Positions 60,206 through 64,000 of a stretch of 64,000 nucleotides of DNA are shown here, one piece after another. The notes under the pieces were generated by a model. It was given only the letters and a program-made list of their open reading frames with translations, was not told the origin of the DNA and ran no database searches. The position numbers were made by a program, and so were the translations under genes. Numbering within the stretch: the stretch's first letter is position 1; every line of letters begins with the position of its first letter. Location of the stretch: IMG/VR virus record IMGVR_UViG_3300045988_089740. One strand, written 5' to 3'. The DNA comes from a virus.

Positions 60206-63200
60206 TTGAGGTATGTTTCCAGCAGATTTAAAACTGAACAGAATAACGACAATAGGAACTATCTGAAATATGCGGATATCACATTGACAGATGGAACGGT
60301 TCTCAATCTTACCAATACGGATTTTTGGTCAAATGGAATGAAATTTGAAGATTCAGTATCCGATGATAGCGCTTTTACAATTGGATCTGCGAATATAAAC
60401 ACAGTAAATCTGTCAATTAATAACTTTGATGAAAAGTATACGGATTACGATTTCACAAATGCAGAAGTGATCTGTTATGTTGGACTTGAAGTGGAACCAA
60501 CATCCGGAACTGAAAAAGAAATAGAAAAAATCCGAATTTGCACCATGACCGTGGTTGATACACCATATCAGGATACTACGATCATTGAACTAACATGCGA
60601 GGATAATATGCGAAAATTTGATCGTGATTATTCTGAGAGTAAGCTCAAGTATCCGGCGACACGTCGGCAAATAATCCAAGACGCATGTAATGTATGTGGA
60701 GTAACACTGGATACATTATCGTTCGATCAAGATTCTTATCAAATCGTAACAAGGCCGGATGATGATGCATTAACTTTTCGTCAGGTGTTAGCATGGGTAT
60801 GCCAGATCGGATGTCAGTATGCCAGATGCGATAGATATGGCAGACTGACTATAAAATGGTACGATACGGAAATTGTTGATGCGAATAGAATTGAAATTAA
60901 TTCTACGAGCAAATTTACCCCAAATTTAGATGATGTGGTTATAACTGGCGTAAGGGTAACAGAATATATTGAGGCTACATCCGATGATAAAACCGCAAGT
61001 TCATACTTGTATGGAAATGAAGGATACGTCCTGGAAATCAGCGAAAATAAACTGATCCCACAGGGAACCGGTGAGACTGTAGCTGCAATGATCGGCGAAA
61101 AATGCGTTGGAATGTCGTTTCGCCCATTTGAAACGCAGTGCTTAACAGACATATCTATTGAAGCCGGGGACGCTGTTTTAATAACGGACAGAAAAGGTAA
61201 TAAATATAAAAGCTTTTTAACGAATGTTGTACTACAACCCGGAGTATTCGAACAAATTTCTTGCAATGCTGAGAGCGCAGCTAGAAACAGTTCAAAACAA
61301 TATTCTTTGATTACGCAAACAGTTGTTGATGCTAGAAAGTCAGTGCAAAAGGAAAAAGCGCAACGAGAGCTTGCACTTGAAGAATTTGAGAAAAGGCTTG
61401 ACAAATCATCAGGGGTTTTTACCACTATCGAAACTCAAGAGGACGGGAGTAAAATTTTTTATTTGCATGATAAGCCCAAATTAAGTGAATCGCAGGGAAT
61501 ATGGCGGATGACGGCGGAAGCCTGGGGCGTATCAAACGACGGCGGAAATACCTGGAACGGCGGAATGACTGTTGATGGAGACGCTATAGTTCGTATTTTG
61601 GAAGCGGTTGGAGTTAACGCAAATTGGATCAATGCCGGAGCCATTACCGTAAAAGACGCAGAAGGGAATCTTCTATTCTCTGTTGACATGGATACAAAAT
61701 CGGTATATATCAGCGGAAATGTGCAGATTGGCGGCGGAAAAACATTTGACGATACATTGAAAGAGTTTGCTGCATCTGCAAAAAATATGACCATTCAGCT
61801 GAGCAATGAATATCAGGGCATTCCTGTTAATTCTGATGGGAATTATATCAACTTTCCAGAATGCTCAACTCAGGTTACGGTGATGTACGGCGCACAGGAT
61901 ATCACGGAGAACTGTTCGTACACTATAACCGAATCTCAGAATATCTCGGGATCCTGGGACGAAGTTGAACACACGTATACAGTTGAAAGCTTAACTGCCG
62001 ACAGTGGCTGGATTGATATAAGAGCTACTTATCTTGAGAACCTGTCAGTATCGAAACGATTCACGATAGCTAAGCAGTATGCCGGAGAACAGGGTACAGC
62101 CGGAAGAACATATTTTATAAATGCCGATGCTGACATTTTGCTGATGGGGGCTGACAAGAAGATCACTCCGAATGTTCTGAACTTGAGGCCTTACTATAGA
62201 GATGGTCAGGAAGATGCTAAAAACTTTTATGCCTGGTGGACTATCGAAAAAAGCGTTGATAACGGCTCTTCCTGGGAAGATATAAGCACATACAGCACCT
62301 CGATGAAGCTGATCCAGATTCAGCTGAACGCGCTGTCTCTTGAAGCACATGACATGATAAGGGCCAGCGCTTATGCCGATAAAGAAAAAACTATACTATG
62401 TGATCAGCAGACGTTCCCGGTAGCACTTGACGTTTCTGCTCTGTCTCAGAAAGATATTGTAGAAATTCTGTCTAATAACGGAGCTTGGAAAGGACTATAC
62501 TATCTGAACAATGAGCTGTATGTTTCTTTCAATGCGGCGCTCGGAGGAATACTGACACTCGGTGGACAGAACAACGGGAACGGGCTTCTGATCCTTCTTG
62601 ACGACGAAGGGTCGGAGATAGGCCGGATGTCGTCCGGAGGAATGTCATTTCGAAATTCTGATAACAACATAGTCATAAGAATTAATAAGAGCGGAATGTT
62701 CTTCTATGATTCGACCGGTCAAAAAAGAAAAGTGCTTACTGACAGTTCCGGCATCACTATGTATACGGATTATACAGACGCAAACAACTGGAAAGCCATA
62801 AAAATCGGTAAGTACGGAATTTATGCAGCAGAAAAGAGCGGCGGAGCGGAAGATCTCTGGATGGAGGGTGATACCAGCCACCAATGGGATGGATATATTC
62901 TAAGATTTTTAAATGGTGCAGTTCGTTTAAATGCAAATGCAGTATATACAGACGGTTGTTCGATGGGAAAGAACCTGACTACTTCGGGAACTCTTTCAGT
63001 ATCTGGTGACACTGGCCTTAAAGGAGATGCTTACGTAGCTGGAAACTTTTCGTTCAGAGACTATAAAGAAGAAGAAGCCAATACAAGCACAAGAAGAAGA
63101 CCCGTATCATCGGCAAGCGCCGCATTGAACAGGGTAGCTTATCTGTCATCGGCAACACGATCAAATAAAGCCGCATTGACGGTATCGGCCCAGTGGGGTT

Positions 63201-63574
63201 CGAGTAACTATACTACAAACACTTTATATAACGATTCTGCTTCCGATATCCGATTAAAAGAGAATGTTTTAGACTGCGAAATTAATGCTCTTGATGCGGT
63301 CTGCAAAATGCCGGTATGCTCATTCGACTGGAAAGAAACTGGCGTCCATCAGCCGCTCGGACTTGTTGCAGATGATATTGAAAAAATAGATCCGTTACTG
63401 GCACTAGGCGGTGGTGAGAACGAAGACGGAAGCATGAATGTTAAGCAGATTGACAGGCTTCTTCTGACCGAATATGCAATTAAAGCAATCCAGGAACTGT
63501 CAGCTACAGTAAAAGAGCAGAGCTGCAAGATTAGAAAATTGGAGGGAAAATTGGATGGAATTAAAGGGAATTGA
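60206..63574 (+). CDS. Tail-associated fibre protein with C-terminal S74 intramolecular chaperone domain
   Basis: 1122 aa. C-terminal SDIRLKENV...LGLVADDIEKIDPLL is the S74 auto-cleaving chaperone signature. TTG start after GGAGGTGAG. Confidence 0.75.
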   Translation: MRYVSSRFKTEQNNDNRNYLKYADITLTDGTVLNLTNTDFWSNGMKFEDSVSDDSAFTIGSANINTVNLSINNFDEKYTDYDFTNAEVICYVGLEVEPTSGTEKEIEKIRICTMTVVDTPYQDTTIIELTCEDNMRKFDRDYSESKLKYPATRRQIIQDACNVCGVTLDTLSFDQDSYQIVTRPDDDALTFRQVLAWVCQIGCQYARCDRYGRLTIKWYDTEIVDANRIEINSTSKFTPNLDDVVITGVRVTEYIEATSDDKTASSYLYGNEGYVLEISENKLIPQGTGETVAAMIGEKCVGMSFRPFETQCLTDISIEAGDAVLITDRKGNKYKSFLTNVVLQPGVFEQISCNAESAARNSSKQYSLITQTVVDARKSVQKEKAQRELALEEFEKRLDKSSGVFTTIETQEDGSKIFYLHDKPKLSESQGIWRMTAEAWGVSNDGGNTWNGGMTVDGDAIVRILEAVGVNANWINAGAITVKDAEGNLLFSVDMDTKSVYISGNVQIGGGKTFDDTLKEFAASAKNMTIQLSNEYQGIPVNSDGNYINFPECSTQVTVMYGAQDITENCSYTITESQNISGSWDEVEHTYTVESLTADSGWIDIRATYLENLSVSKRFTIAKQYAGEQGTAGRTYFINADADILLMGADKKITPNVLNLRPYYRDGQEDAKNFYAWWTIEKSVDNGSSWEDISTYSTSMKLIQIQLNALSLEAHDMIRASAYADKEKTILCDQQTFPVALDVSALSQKDIVEILSNNGAWKGLYYLNNELYVSFNAALGGILTLGGQNNGNGLLILLDDEGSEIGRMSSGGMSFRNSDNNIVIRINKSGMFFYDSTGQKRKVLTDSSGITMYTDYTDANNWKAIKIGKYGIYAAEKSGGAEDLWMEGDTSHQWDGYILRFLNGAVRLNANAVYTDGCSMGKNLTTSGTLSVSGDTGLKGDAYVAGNFSFRDYKEEEANTSTRRRPVSSASAALNRVAYLSSATRSNKAALTVSAQWGSSNYTTNTLYNDSASDIRLKENVLDCEINALDAVCKMPVCSFDWKETGVHQPLGLVADDIEKIDPLLALGGGENEDGSMNVKQIDRLLLTEYAIKAIQELSATVKEQSCKIRKLEGKLDGIKGN

Positions 63575-64000
63575 CGTATCATCTAATCAGGGGAAACCGG
63601 ACTGGGCGAAAGTGGCTAAATCCGGCATTAAATTCGCCATTTTAAGAATCCATCAGAAAACAGGTGTTGACAGCTCATTCGAGTACAACTACAAGGGATG
63701 CAAGAGCAACGGAATTCTTGTCGGTGGATACAAATATTCTTACGCTCTGACACCGGCACAGGCGATTGACGAAGCAGAAGATGTGATTGCCGCACTGAAC
63801 GGGCGGGGACTGGACTTCCCAGTGTTCTATGACCTCGAGTGGTCTAATCAACGAAAGCTCGGCAAACAGGCAGTTGAAAACATTGCGGTCGCATTTCTGA
63901 CAAGGATGAAAAAAGCCGGTTATAAGGTCGGCATCTACTGCAATCTGGACTGGTATAATAACGTTCTGACTGATGCACTCAGAAAGTATGAGTGCTGGAT
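63555..64000 (+). CDS. GH25 lysozyme-type endolysin (partial, runs off window end)
   Basis: MELKGIDVSSNQGKPDWAKVAKSGIKFAILRI...VGGYKYSYA... matches the GH25 catalytic-domain pattern. Open-ended, so absent from the ORF track. Confidence 0.85.
   Translation, partial: MELKGIDVSSNQGKPDWAKVAKSGIKFAILRIHQKTGVDSSFEYNYKGCKSNGILVGGYKYSYALTPAQAIDEAEDVIAALNGRGLDFPVFYDLEWSNQRKLGKQAVENIAVAFLTRMKKAGYKVGIYCNLDWYNNVLTDALRKYECW

Noticed and set aside
60814-61425. 203-aa minus-strand ORF inside the tail-fibre gene
   Set aside because: It is a shadow of the 1122-aa + strand ORF, with a Ser/Thr/Val-rich low-information sequence.
1-64000. Alternative genetic code or stop-codon reassignment, considered because of the phage tRNAs and the in-frame TAA at 25661
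   Set aside because: All large genes (TMP 1613 aa, fibre 1122 aa, TerL, portal, integrase) are intact under the standard code. No tRNA with a stop-complementary anticodon (TTA, CTA or TCA) was found in a canonical loop.
1-64000. CRISPR arrays or other regularly spaced direct repeats
   Set aside because: No series of 25-40-bp repeats with unique spacers was seen. The repeated elements found are the DGR TR/VR copies, the three copies of the 15-mer element, and the operator 9-mers.

Overview
This window is 64 kb of a temperate siphovirus-type phage or prophage. The host is probably a low-GC Gram-positive (Clostridia-like) bacterium, judging from strong GGAGG ribosome-binding sites and the YopX, XkdX, XhlA and DUF4317-type families. 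Nearly all genes are on the + strand. Functional names come from motifs read by eye, not from database searches. Gene order: (1) a diversity-generating retroelement (DGR) at 1-2247, with two tandem target genes (the first truncated by the window edge), avd, the template repeat and the RT; (2) early and replication genes at 2.2-15.5 kb (MBL-fold, SSB, GIY-YIG, radical SAM, YopX, HNH/replisome-organizer, DnaC-like); (3) a large serine integrase flanked by 14-bp inverted repeats, with a dyad just upstream that is a candidate attP (15.7-17.6 kb); (4) an accessory block at 17.6-22.3 kb with six minus-strand genes, an ~880-bp ORF-free gap and an orphan tRNA 3' fragment; (5) an HTH gene with repeated operators, then TerS at 24.4 kb; (6) an 8.5-kb insert between TerS and TerL holding a GC-rich structured segment, a decayed resolvase, a tRNA cluster with long structured spacers (27.5-28.8 kb), an antirepressor and an SPFH protein; (7) TerL, a sigma-like regulator, portal, scaffold, decoration protein, lambda-E-like capsid and connector (33.6-40.1 kb); (8) a 7-kb island inside the head-tail module (XhlA-like, sigma-r4-like HTH, five low-complexity P/Q-, Gly-, Cys- and Tyr-rich proteins, two HExxH proteins, a fibre plus XkdX-like pair, one antisense gene); (9) head-tail joining genes, a holin-like protein, major tail protein, G/T chaperone and a 1613-aa tape measure; (10) a 4-kb island after the tape measure (wHTH, HNH, replisome-organizer-like, secreted Big_2 protein); (11) a Dit-like protein, a 1122-aa tail fibre with an S74 chaperone domain, and a partial GH25 endolysin. 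The points most worth follow-up are: the DGR, whose TR/VR mismatches all fall on TR adenines; a composite element present three times (conserved 15-mer, -10 box, co-varying hairpin with T-run) where structural genes resume; a canonical -1 slippery site two codons before the capsid stop that opens onto a HeH-domain extension; the low-complexity island in the head-tail module; and the tRNA region with atypical tRNA-like elements.
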